Assembly (NCBI GenBank): GCA_004764695.1
Contig: SMSO01000036.1
Coordinates: 1,054,001 to 1,118,000 of the forward strand
Direction of reading: 5' to 3'
Length of the DNA: 64,000 nt
From: Schizochytrium sp. TIO01
Lineage: Eukaryota; Protista; Bigyra: Labyrinthulomycetes
The notes under the pieces are model-generated. The model had not been told where the DNA came from. It did no database searches and saw only the letters and a program-made list of their open reading frames with translations. Both the position numbers and the translations under genes were made by a program. Below, piece by piece: positions 33,698 to 44,814 of the stretch (position 1 is its first letter; each line of letters begins with the position of its first letter).

Positions 33698-35341
33698 ATG
33701 AGCGCCAATGGAGCGATCGTCGGCGATGTGTCTCGCCAGGAGATGAAGAAGCGCCGCAAGTAGGTTAGATTGATGGGTATGGGCGCAGATGGGAACGAGG
33801 ACCTTGGCGTTGAACGACGTAGTGGATCGCCAGGACTTTAGATTGGTTTCCTGGTCCGTTCGACTCTACGCTGCTGACACGAAGCGAGGGACGCGTAATG
33901 ATGGTATTCGTGTTGTGTGAGGGGGGTGGATTCAGGGAGGAAGGTTTTTCAGAAACTAACGAATTTGTTTGCTTTGCCTGATGCTTTGGTGCTTTGCTTA
34001 TGCTTTGCGTTTCTCTGGACTATTGACTTATTGTTGTTGCGCTTAACTTTGCTTTGCGTTGAAATACAATGTGAATTATGAAAACTTGGCACTCTTCGTG
34101 GATCTCCCGTCCCTGTGCGGTTTGGCCGGTTAAACGCTGACGCGATTTTGCATCTCATCAATGTGAATACCTTCATTTGCTCATGTGGATGAAATGATGT
34201 CGCATGCTGTGTCAATTTTTCGCTTACTCAACGCCTCTATCATCTTCATGTACACAGGCTTTCTGAGACCCGCGCCAAGCAGGTTGATGACGTGCGCATT
34301 GACTTCCTCAGCTCCCTCATCCCCCCCTCGTGCCTCATTGAGGACATTGACGCCAGTGATGAGGTCGTCAACCACGTTGGTGCCAGCCGTGAGGCCGTGC
34401 ACAGCGTCGTGAACGGTCAAGACGACCGCGTGATCGTCGTCGTCGGCCCTTGCTCCATCCACGATGTTGAGGCTTGCCGCGAGTACGCCGAGAAGCTTGC
34501 CAAGCTTGCCACTGAGCTTCAGAATGAGGTTCTTGTGATCATGCGCGTGTACTTCGAGAAGCCCCGAACCACCGTCGGCTGGAAGGGTCTCATCAACGAC
34601 CCGGATCTTGATGGATCCTTCAAGATCAACAAGGGTCTCCGCATTGGCCGCAAGTTCCTCCTCGAGGTCAACGAGCTCGGACTCCCCTGCGGTGTTGAGT
34701 TCTTGGACACTATCTCCCCCCAGTTCCTCGCGGACCTTGTTTCTTGGGGTGCCATCGGAGCACGTACCACCGAGTCTCAGGTGCACCGCGAACTTGCCTC
34801 TGGACTTTCCTGCCCCGTGGGTTTCAAGAACGCCACCAGTGGAGATGTTCAGGTCGCCATTGATGCATGCAAGTCCTCCAAGAACCCTCACTCTTTCCTC
34901 TCTGTGACCAAACAAGGTGTTGCTGCCATCGTTCACACCAAGGGCAACCTTGGCTGCCACATCATTCTTCGTGGAGGCAGCGCTGGCCCCAACTTCGAGA
35001 AGGAGCACGTCGATGCCGCTGCCGCCGTCATGGAGAAGAACGGCATGCAGGTTCGCATCATGGTTGACTGCAGCCACGGTAACAGCAACAAGGACCACAA
35101 GAACCAGCCTAAGGTTGCTGAGAAGGTCTGCGAGCAGATCGCCGCTGGCAACAAGGGCATCATTGGTCTTATGATCGAGTCCCACCTCTGCGAGGGCAAG
35201 CAGAGCCTCAGCCCTGGCGAGACTGACATCTCAACCCTCAAGCGCGGTGTCTCTGTTACTGATGCCTGCATTGACTTTGACACCACCGAAGTCACTCTGC
35301 GCCAGATCGCTGATGCCGTCAAGGCTCGCCGTGGCCTCTAA
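33698..35341 (+). CDS. aroG: Class I-alpha DAHP synthase, two exons (33698-33759 and 34258-35341)
   Basis: VVGPCSIHD, RVYFEKPRTTVGWKGLINDP, IGARTTESQVHRELASGLS, DCSHGNS and GVSVTDACI. Removing intron 33760-34257 gives an in-frame MSANG...MKKRRK-LSETRAKQVDDVRID. Confidence 0.93.
33760..34257 (+). other. Spliceosomal GT-AG intron (498 nt) in the DAHP synthase gene
   Basis: Donor AA|GTAGGT and acceptor TACACAG|G. The phase-2 junction restores AAG (Lys) and supplies the ATG missing from exon 2. Confidence 0.8.
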
Positions 35342-36089
35342 GTCTCTTGAATATCTTTTGTCTTAAGCTTCTAAATGCGTTATGAGATAGACGCAGCTCA
35401 TTCATAGTCTGCATTGCAGCGATTATATATAAGCAAGATCATTCAGCCGGCAAGATTTATCGATGAAGTCTCGAAGGGCATCTTACACAAGGTATTAACG
35501 ACCAATGCCTTGTTTTAAACCCTCCCTCTCTGCATTTGTTTTTTTCTTCCTATACCTATGCTCAGTCATTCTTATTTTTACAATCTCAATTTACGTGTCC
35601 ATTTTTATTTACGCTGCTACAGCTGTAGGCTTGTATCTTGCGAGTTGTGCACCGTAACTCCGTTCTCTCCAGCACCATTAATGGAAGTACCGTGCCTGCT
35701 GATCTGAGTATCTCAGTATACCGTTGCTTTGATGAGGCTAAATTCGGGACTGTTTTTGTAGGACGCTTGGCTCACTGAGATTCAATTCGGATGTATGGGC
35801 AGGTGAAAGAGCTTTATGAGAATTGATCATGAGATCCATCACAAAGATCGTACTTCACTTAATAGTCTTTTTTTATTATAATTATTAGTCCTTAAGACCA
35901 GGAAACTAACTGTACCAACAACACCTGCATTTATCAAGGAAATCGTAGTCGGAGATGATCTTTATGGTTTTATTCACGAATATTGCACGGACTTCATGCC
36001 AAATGTAGGGTACTTGGTTGGGCATCTTTGAGACCCTGAATGTCAAAAATAAGGTTTTGTCGGTTTGCCTGCTTTTTAAATTGTGATAC

Positions 36090-39000
36090 TTAGATTTGAA
36101 GTTCAAAGTCAGCATCAGACTCTTCCGAGTCCGAGTCGAGTACCTTCTTTTTTGAGGAAACGGCCGTCTTCCGTTTCGGTCGAGAAGTTGAGTTGGCAGT
36201 CTGAAGAGGTCCAGACTTTTTGGTAGTCTTTGTACCCTTCTTTGCAAGGCGTTTACGTGCCTTGTCAGTTGTTGCCTGATTCGCAATCTGACCTTCGCGA
36301 AGCTCGTTAATATGAGCTTCCCATTCATCCAGAGACTTACGAACCTCGGCCTTGCAGAACTGTCTGCACTTGCGGATTACTGTCATCATGCTACCATAGA
36401 CGTCCTCGTCAGCGAGAAGCGGGCGGTACAGCTTGAAGAGGGGGTCACTAAGCTTTTTGATTCCCTTGTCACTATGTTTGAGCTGAGCAATGCAGAAGGC
36501 TAGATCACGGCACAGCTTAAGGTCCTGCAAAGTCTCGAGACTTTCCACTTCCTCGGCCCCAGGGGTCAGACCTGTCGCAGCAAAAATGCGGTTGCACAAC
36601 TTGTCGGTGATAGAAAGCACCTGCTTGTCAAGAGTAATGAATTGCAGAAGAAATTTAGCAATTGTCTGAAACTTTTCGGTAGAAAGGCCAGGTTCACAGG
36701 AGAGCTTGTTAAGCGTATCTGGCAAAAGGTTGTAGACAGGGTTCGTGCCTTTGCGGGAAAGCTCATGGAAAAAGAGGCGTGTAAGATCCCGGATACGGTC
36801 ACTGTCCGGGTCCTCTAAACAAAGGGCAATCTCACTGACCTCACCACGGATCTTGATCATATCGTTGAGAATCAAGTGTGTGAGAACCATCAGTGAGGTT
36901 TTCCTCACACCAATGTTCGGGTCACGCAGGCGGCGATAGATTTGCGACGTGAAAGGTTCGATAGTGTTTGGGAAACGAACAGCCAAATCACCCAGAGCAA
37001 TCATGATGTTAGACCGCACGCTGGGATCGGGACTGTCACGCAAGACAGTGAAGATAAGCTTCAAGTGCTTCTCACACAAGGTCTGACTTACGCACATTAC
37101 TTTGCAAAGACTGAGAATTGCTGATTCCATAAGCATTGATCCTAGAGCTGAGGAAGTCTCAAGCTGAATAGAGCCCGCGAGCTCATGGTCTCCGTTTGTT
37201 GCAGAGGACTCGCCGTCTGGCTGGTTCTCATCTTGCTCTTGGAGGGCACTAATCTTGTTTTGCTTACTGGCGCGATGTGCCGATGTTACGACGCTAGCCA
37301 TTAGAGGTACGTAGGTACCGAGAAGGCTTCGCGGAGCAACGAGCTCAGACTCCGCGATTCTCTTGAGAATCATTTCCTCTTGATCATCAGCAGAATCTCC
37401 GCCCGCTCCAAGCATTGTCATTTCCTCGCGTTCAGCCATGGACTGTTGCTTGAGTTTGGCATCTTCTTGACCTTTACGCACGCGTTTAGCTTCACTACAC
37501 AAATCCTCTGCATTCACGAAAAGCTGCACAGCTACCTGACCAGCCACAAAGAACAGACGGCTGAGTGCTGCCTCTGAGACTTTTCTAGTCTCGGCATGTT
37601 GGAACGTGCGATTGTGCAGCTTTCGCATAAGACGGGCGCATGCCAGGTCGGCTCGTCCTGTGCAAATCACCATCAAGTTGACTGCAACTTCAGCAGCTGC
37701 ATACCATTGAGACTCTAGCTCTACGCTCTGGATCTCAACCAAGAGCAAGCTTGCCACTGCCTTTTCTACGCGCTCACCGTAGCGTTCGGTCAGAGGACGG
37801 CGTTGAAAGATCTGAAACAGGGTCTGAAAACTGTACTTTACGGAGATCAGATCATTTGTAGAGGTTTCAACAAGGTCAAGCATCTGCGGAACGAAGCTTG
37901 GGTTGCGCTCGAAAAGCGATTGAGAAGAGCTTGATGCCATACTCACAATGCACATGGCAGCACGCGAAGCACGGGGGTCATCCTCGCGGTCTTGCATAGC
38001 ACGGATGAGAACTCGTTCTAGCACGGCGCTTGGCAGAGCCAGACGACCAAGTGCACCTTCCGGGGTAACAAGTTCAGCAATGATACGATCTAGACTTGTG
38101 AGCTCTGCGAGTGTAGTGTCTAGCACAAGATCAATGAGATTTTGTACAATGACATCTTCAGCGTAGAGCTTACGTTTAGTAACACGTCCCACAATAACAG
38201 GTTCTGAAAGGTACACAAGCTCAAAGGTTTCCAAAAGTTCCTTCTTGATACGGCCCGACTCACGATCGTCCCAAATCAAGCTAAGAACCTTGCGGATTGC
38301 ATTTCCTGCAGCGGGAAGCTTGAAACGGGTTGCTGCGCAAAGGAAACGAAGAGACTCCAAGACATCAGTCACAACCTTGGAACAAACCAAAAGCTGGGCC
38401 TGCTCGCAAGCATGGCTCATACGTGCTGTAAAGCCCAAAGCACTCTTAAAGTAGTGGAGTTTGCCAAGCAGGTTGGCTTTGGCCTTGTCTTGAGCCGGGT
38501 CTTCCGAATCATCCTCATCATCGTCTTCATTACCATCAGCCTTCTCCACTTTATTTTCTGAGTTTTCTAGGGCGTCGTCAAACTCCTCTTCGTCATCGCC
38601 ACCCTCCTTGTCCGAGCCGTTCGATTCTTGAGCAGAAGTGTCCTCTTCATCAAGAAGTTCATCATCTTCATTGCTTACGCTCTTGTTCTCGTCCTCGTCA
38701 GAAGTCTTTTCTTTCTTGGTAGGGGTGGTCTTGCTTTCGTCACCAGTTTTGCCTTCTGAAGACGATCCGGCCTTGAGACTATCAAGTTCGGCTTGAGCCT
38801 CCAAAATTCGCTCTTTAAAGAATTCCGAATTAAGGCGATCGCTGTAGGGATTGCGCTCCAAGAGGCATGATAAGCAAGCGATGGCTTGCTTACGAACCAG
38901 ACTTGACTTATCCAGCACGCGCTCGCTAGCGATATCTGTGGCGACGTGAATATGAGTCAGGGGCAAGGCTGATTCCTCCTGGAGACGAGCAAAAGTGCCG

Positions 39001-40187
39001 ACTGCAACGACACGAACATAGGAGCTGGTGTCATGAGCGCGCTCGCCTATTAAATCGAGCAGGCGATCACGAGTTGCTACTTCTGCGGACTCATTTGATT
39101 TGAGATGTGCCACAATAGTTCCCAATGCCTTTAGCACGGAGCAGCGGAGAGGATAAGCGTGGGCATTGAGATGTGGAATGAGGACACTCAGGTTAGAAAG
39201 GGCAAGAGCCGGGAGTCTTGAGGCGAGTTCCTCCATGAAAAGACCTAGGTTCTTGACACCGGCGGTGTCCTTAGAGGCTTCATGTGTCTCCATGCGACCA
39301 ATCTCAAGAATGAGCTCTCGTGGGAGACGGTCATCGTTGTGCTTGTCTACAAGTCTGTGCAGTACTCCAGCTACAAATACAGGCATGGCTTCGCTCTTGC
39401 TCAGGGCGTGGGAAAATGAAGCTGCAACAACATGTGATAGTGTTCCGTGAAACATATGAACCGGGTAGCAGATGAGGTCCTCAAGAATTGTGAGCATCTC
39501 TTCCGAGGAAGAAAGGAGTTTGGGGTTCTCCAATACAAGGGTTTCACTCACACGCCAAAACAGGTCGAGAAAGGCCTCTTCGGGCAGGCCGCAGTCCCAC
39601 AGCGAGCCAAAATCGAGAAGCTTTTCCTCGCCAGTTTTGGCATCCTTTGTGCAGAGGGTTCGAAGAAGCGACGTAAGCACCAAAAGGCGACACGAATTCC
39701 AGTCATAGGTGCTATTCTTTGTTTTTTTGTTAGGGCGACCCTTCCGTTGCTGTGTTGCAGCTGCTGACTCTGTAGAAGTAACTAGGCGGCGTTCTTCATC
39801 GACGCAAATCTTGGCAAGAAAATAAACAACAAACTTGAGACTAGTTTTGAGGTTGTCCATCTTCACATCGTCTGCAGGCTTGGCAACTGCACGCACGCAT
39901 TGGGCATTGAACGCACAAAGCATCTCCAGAACAGCTCCCTTGGCTCCGTCACCAAGTTCATCGTAAAAACGGACAAGGCTGTACAATGAATCAAACCAAG
40001 CTTGGTCCTCTTCAATGAGCTCCCAAATACTTTGTTCACGAGAACTCAAGTCTTCAACAAGAGCAATCTGCTCTGCCTCGGAAAGATCTTGATGCACGGG
40101 TGAAACGTCTTGAGCTCGCAGACCTTCGCCGCTCAATTCCACATCACGAATGTTTTGACTCAGTGCCGGGATCACAAAGTCCGTCAT
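36090..40187 (-). CDS. NCAPD2: Condensin complex subunit 1 (CAP-D2/Ycs4)
   Basis: 1365-aa HEAT protein with RSNIMIALGDLAVRFPN, VRKTSLMVLTHLILNDMIK, LFFHELSRKG.NPVYNLLPD and DKSSLVRKQAI. Confidence 0.96.
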   Translation of the reverse strand: MTDFVIPALSQNIRDVELSGEGLRAQDVSPVHQDLSEAEQIALVEDLSSREQSIWELIEEDQAWFDSLYSLVRFYDELGDGAKGAVLEMLCAFNAQCVRAVAKPADDVKMDNLKTSLKFVVYFLAKICVDEERRLVTSTESAAATQQRKGRPNKKTKNSTYDWNSCRLLVLTSLLRTLCTKDAKTGEEKLLDFGSLWDCGLPEEAFLDLFWRVSETLVLENPKLLSSSEEMLTILEDLICYPVHMFHGTLSHVVAASFSHALSKSEAMPVFVAGVLHRLVDKHNDDRLPRELILEIGRMETHEASKDTAGVKNLGLFMEELASRLPALALSNLSVLIPHLNAHAYPLRCSVLKALGTIVAHLKSNESAEVATRDRLLDLIGERAHDTSSYVRVVAVGTFARLQEESALPLTHIHVATDIASERVLDKSSLVRKQAIACLSCLLERNPYSDRLNSEFFKERILEAQAELDSLKAGSSSEGKTGDESKTTPTKKEKTSDEDENKSVSNEDDELLDEEDTSAQESNGSDKEGGDDEEEFDDALENSENKVEKADGNEDDDEDDSEDPAQDKAKANLLGKLHYFKSALGFTARMSHACEQAQLLVCSKVVTDVLESLRFLCAATRFKLPAAGNAIRKVLSLIWDDRESGRIKKELLETFELVYLSEPVIVGRVTKRKLYAEDVIVQNLIDLVLDTTLAELTSLDRIIAELVTPEGALGRLALPSAVLERVLIRAMQDREDDPRASRAAMCIVSMASSSSQSLFERNPSFVPQMLDLVETSTNDLISVKYSFQTLFQIFQRRPLTERYGERVEKAVASLLLVEIQSVELESQWYAAAEVAVNLMVICTGRADLACARLMRKLHNRTFQHAETRKVSEAALSRLFFVAGQVAVQLFVNAEDLCSEAKRVRKGQEDAKLKQQSMAEREEMTMLGAGGDSADDQEEMILKRIAESELVAPRSLLGTYVPLMASVVTSAHRASKQNKISALQEQDENQPDGESSATNGDHELAGSIQLETSSALGSMLMESAILSLCKVMCVSQTLCEKHLKLIFTVLRDSPDPSVRSNIMIALGDLAVRFPNTIEPFTSQIYRRLRDPNIGVRKTSLMVLTHLILNDMIKIRGEVSEIALCLEDPDSDRIRDLTRLFFHELSRKGTNPVYNLLPDTLNKLSCEPGLSTEKFQTIAKFLLQFITLDKQVLSITDKLCNRIFAATGLTPGAEEVESLETLQDLKLCRDLAFCIAQLKHSDKGIKKLSDPLFKLYRPLLADEDVYGSMMTVIRKCRQFCKAEVRKSLDEWEAHINELREGQIANQATTDKARKRLAKKGTKTTKKSGPLQTANSTSRPKRKTAVSSKKKVLDSDSEESDADFELQI

Positions 40188-40866
40188 TTCGCAGGCAAGG
40201 TTAAGAACAACTACAAAGGTTTACAGATCTCAACCCCAGGAGCTCGGATCTACAAACCTCAATGCGAGCGTTTTACAGCTCTGGCTTCGTTGACGTGCGT
40301 TGATATGTCTTGATACTAGACACTAATCACCCCGCGAACCGCGATTGACGCACCGCTCTCAGGCCGCGGTCCGACGCGGTCCGAGTTCACTCGCGCTTGA
40401 CAACTCACCCGAAGGTCGCCCGCGCCACAGCAGTGCCCCAATCGAGAGGTTTTAGCTTTGCAGAAACTTGCAAATGGGAATGCTCTTGCGAGCAACGACG
40501 GAATTGTTGCTACGGCGGTTGCACGTTTTGGACTCTGCTTAGATCTGCTATTTAATAGACCTTCTTATCGAGGCATCTTGGCCCTAGTCCTCTTAGTACT
40601 TAACTAATAGCGCTTAGCTACGGTTTTACTCGTGTCATGAAGGGGCCCCTAAGTTCCCCAGTTGCAAAGAGAATAAAGAGGAGGCATAAGAAGAATTGGT
40701 TTGGTTGTTGCGCAAGAATCTATCCATTGAGAGAAGATGAATATTGCTCGAACAGGTGAGTACTGCTAATGATTTGCAAGTAAAATCAGATGAATTGAGC
40801 TGTGTTGTAACGAAGAAACTTTCTTTAAACTCTTATTTTTTGGGGTATATTATCGCTAATTCTCGA

Positions 40867-42834
40867 TCAAGATACGTCTGAAATTCTTTCCTCGTGATGA
40901 TGGAACTCATCTCGAGCCTCGGGAATGCAAGTATGAGCGTAGTAGTTAGGTAGGTGAGAGACAAACATTCTACTCGACAGGATAATAGTGCCAAATTTGG
41001 TATTTGGTACAAGCATGGCGTCATCCACAGTTTCTGACATTTGAGGGATGTACCACATGTTTCCAGGAGGATACAACTTGAAGTTTATGTGAGTGGCCTC
41101 AACAATCTCCTCGTAGTATGGGCGCAGGAGATCAACCAACTTCTCTTCTGTGTGGACATGTTTGAAAATTTCGAGAATCAAACTTGTTAAACCGTTGCGG
41201 GCACAATACGCGATTGAGTCTCGAAGATCGACAAAACTCCCCATACTAAGCCGAGGCACCACATCATCACCAAGAACAAGATTATGAATTCGCTTTTTGG
41301 CGAACTCAGACTCGGCAAAGTCCTGAGATACACTGCACGGCGGTGCGATTCCTACGCATCGAGCAATACCAAGAATGGGATGTGGTCCCCAACGAATTGT
41401 AAGAAGAGCAGCAACAGCAGCACCAAGCGAGTGCCCTACAACAGTGAGCTTGTAGCCCTCGTGATATTTCAAAGTTCTGATAAGGTCCTCTTCAACTTCA
41501 TCTGCGAGATTATTCGCTGCACGAAGAAATCCAAGGTGCGTCCGGTGTGTGCTTGTGCCGTTTTCCTTGGCTGCAGACTCTGTCTTTACCTGTTCAGGGT
41601 TATGATGATGATCATCATCGTTTTCGCGAGCTTCCCTTTTAGCTGTGCTATGTCTCCGAACATGCGTCATCCACTCTTCGACAGAATCTTGCAGAGACTC
41701 AAGGTCACCACGTGGATTCAAATTGCCACGCATATCTTTTAGTGCATTGCTTAAATTGCGGAATACGCCTTCAAGCTCACTACTCCCATCCTCATCCTCC
41801 CCATCATGAAAACTTTCCCAGAGTGGCACAGTGCCTCGCCGACTTTTGCGCGTAGACTGCCGTTTTCGTTGACTTTTGCGAGATTCTTGTTCGGCGTCTT
41901 CCTCAACATCAGATTTCCTCATAGAATCTTGGGTCTCTAAATCAATTCCGTGGTCTGCAGTGAATTCTGCATCCTCTGCAACGAGGTCAGTAACGACATC
42001 TTGGAGCCGAAAAGAACCGCGAATGGCAAGCACTACGTCTTTCTCTCTGTGGTCGACAAGAATATAAAATCCGGGTCGGTACAGACTCCCTACCACGTGA
42101 GAGCGCCACTCGACACGAATTAACTCTTTGCGAATTGTATCTCCAGATCCAGCAAGCTCATCAAGGGCCTCCCGATCAGTTTCAACACGGCCAATAAAGT
42201 CAAGGAAACGAGTACCAAGCTTTCCATACGCTGCAAAGGCATATCTTGCAGCTCTTCCAAAGAGGGCCTTGTCGATCTGAGGTTTCCTACCAGCACTGAG
42301 GCGGTGCATGATACCTCGTAGTGAACGCCTTGATGGGATTTTGTTACCCTCCTCAAGTGCCGTTTGGTCTGCAGTATCAATCACAGCCTGCATGAGCACA
42401 TATGCCTTTGTGGCATCAAAGAGTTCATCTGGTTTAACATCCCGAATTTCCTCAGATAATTTTGTTGCTAAGCGAAGCATTGACACCAAAGCTTGAGCTG
42501 TCATTTCCACCTCTTTTTGTGAGAGACCGCGTTCATTGAGGGCTCTGGTGGATGCCGTGACGAAGTCTGCAGCCAAACCTGCAACGTCTCGCTCAGCTTG
42601 TTGTGTAAATTGCTCTACTGGGGCGTGTAGGACTGCGCGAGCCAAACCCAAAGAAGCTGCCACAGCCATTCTTGCAACACCTTCTATAACCTGTACATGA
42701 CGGCTTCTTGTATGTCGGGGGACAGGCTCGCTGGGCCTTTCAGCGTTGCTGCCTTCTGATCTTGGATTCTTATCCTCGTCTTCGAAGCTGTCAGCATTGC
42801 GGGCCCTTGATGATCTATTTTCGTGTTGAGACAT
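40867..42834 (-). CDS. Class 3 lipase, diacylglycerol lipase-like
   Basis: AAYG, VVLAIRGS..QDVVTDL, HLGF, nucleophile elbow VGHSLG, DDVVPRLS, LYPPG and MFVSHLP. Confidence 0.88.
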   Translation of the reverse strand: MSQHENRSSRARNADSFEDEDKNPRSEGSNAERPSEPVPRHTRSRHVQVIEGVARMAVAASLGLARAVLHAPVEQFTQQAERDVAGLAADFVTASTRALNERGLSQKEVEMTAQALVSMLRLATKLSEEIRDVKPDELFDATKAYVLMQAVIDTADQTALEEGNKIPSRRSLRGIMHRLSAGRKPQIDKALFGRAARYAFAAYGKLGTRFLDFIGRVETDREALDELAGSGDTIRKELIRVEWRSHVVGSLYRPGFYILVDHREKDVVLAIRGSFRLQDVVTDLVAEDAEFTADHGIDLETQDSMRKSDVEEDAEQESRKSQRKRQSTRKSRRGTVPLWESFHDGEDEDGSSELEGVFRNLSNALKDMRGNLNPRGDLESLQDSVEEWMTHVRRHSTAKREARENDDDHHHNPEQVKTESAAKENGTSTHRTHLGFLRAANNLADEVEEDLIRTLKYHEGYKLTVVGHSLGAAVAALLTIRWGPHPILGIARCVGIAPPCSVSQDFAESEFAKKRIHNLVLGDDVVPRLSMGSFVDLRDSIAYCARNGLTSLILEIFKHVHTEEKLVDLLRPYYEEIVEATHINFKLYPPGNMWYIPQMSETVDDAMLVPNTKFGTIILSSRMFVSHLPNYYAHTCIPEARDEFHHHEERISDVS

Positions 42835-44814
42835 ATTCCTCTACCCAGAATTTCTTTACCAGGGGAACGATTTGACGAGAACTGAGATTTCCTTCTCAGA
42901 CTATTTCGGAATTACTGTAATTCCAGAGCCTTTGAAATGATGGTAGGTACCACGTTTAGGCCTTAGAGTATCAGATTTATTCAGTCAAGGACGGCTCTGA
43001 GTATAGAAAAGCTACTTGTAGAAGGTGCCTTACGCGTATCAGACCAGAGGCAAGTACTCGTGGTATCCCTTGTTATGCTTATTGGTGTACCTACTTTGCC
43101 AGTACCTACCTACCTCCTCCAGTGCTTCCGTTTGCAGATAAGAATTGCACTCGTGAGCGACCCAGACAACAGCAAGTGTTAGGTACAGCCCCACTAGATC
43201 TCTTGAGTTTTCAGTCACGCCTTCTTCGAGCTCTCACGCGAGGCCAAGCTTGGCGCACACGTACTGCTTTGGTCCATTAAAGATCTGCTGACTAGCAGCC
43301 TAAGTTGTCCCTCGCTCGTTGGCGACTTAACCTATACCCTAAAGGAATATGCGTCGATGGTTGGGCAGGCCAAGGACAGCTGCGTCAAGAGCAATGATGT
43401 CTTGTGAGTCTGTCTGCGTAAGCTAAGAGGGAATGGGAAACGCATCAGATTGACCAAAGTGCGGCAAATCTCAGAGGTTTCGTGTGCACTGCTCTTAAAA
43501 ATAGTAAGAGCTTTGAGGGTCATGGAATTGATAGAGCAAACACACCTGTGCTTCCAAGATAGGTCTAGTCCTACTAGTACCTGCAATTGCACATCAAACT
43601 ACTTCGAGAGTGACCTAATAGTGTGTGCTGCTGAGATCGCTTTCGACGGGCTGCTCAATGCTGTGGATTGGATGCTCACAGTATCTAAGAAGTTTGACCC
43701 TTCTCAGTTTTACCTTTTTCTTGTTTTTTATATATATGCTTGAAGTTCTTTCCTCACCAAGTATTTTTTTTAATTTAACCCTTGATGATTTTAAAAATTA
43801 AAACTATTCAAGTTCAACGTAATATATATGATATATATATATTTTTAAATAATTAATTAATTTTAAAATTTTAATTAAATAAAAGAGTTAAATATGTGTA
43901 TATATTAACACAAGTTGAATATGACTTTTCAAGGAGAGCGCTGTGTTTCTTTACGATTTGCAACAATGATCTAATCGTAGACCTCAATGAAGGCTAATGC
44001 GGGTGCAAGTGAAAAGTTGGTGATAGTTCGTTGAATCGCTCAGATAGGAGGCTCTGCCCAGAGACTCCCTTTGAAGTTCCAAGCTGTGATCGATTCAAAG
44101 ATAAAAGGAAGACACCATGAACATTCATGAAAATACAACATACGAATAAAAAAATAAAGCTGCTCTGCCTGCTAATCGAGATTTCTCAAGCACCCTCTAC
44201 ATTCTGCTACTTAGAGATACAAAATGTTTGCCACTTATTAGTGCAGACATCTGACGAACCGTTTGTTTAACCCCATCGGGAGCTGCCCAGTTTTTTTTCT
44301 ACGGTAAGCATATTTCTGCGTTGCGCAGGTTGTTGTAATCTAAATCATCAACATATTATGTTGTGGTAGAACTACTGAACGCAATTTGCGATTTCACACA
44401 CGCCCATGTTCGTTTCGGGTATTCCTCGCGTTTTATTAGCTTATTATTTTCATATATCCAAGTGGCCAACGGAGTGTCATGTTTTCGCGATACAAAGCAA
44501 CTGATATTGAAAACGCGACACAGATATTATCATAAATTGAGGGGAGGCAAAGATGCTACGGGTTTCATAACTCACAGCGCTCCTAGGTCTCGCGACGTTC
44601 TGCTGTCATCCGTGACTTTATCTCGATCTCTATCTTACCTCAAAAACTTAAGTACGGGTTTTTGCTTTCCCTCTCCTGATTTTCAAGTTGAAGTTTGTGC
44701 CAAAGTAAAAGAAATTACATTGAAAAGTTCTCTCCAAAGCTGTGGCGATGACATGACATAGCCCAGACCCGAACCTTGAGGCTTTCATTTCTGAAAAAAC
44801 GTGTGGTTTCCACG

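Noticed and set aside
34181-35185. 334-aa ORF antisense to DAHP synthase
   Set aside because: Same codon-bias shadow effect.
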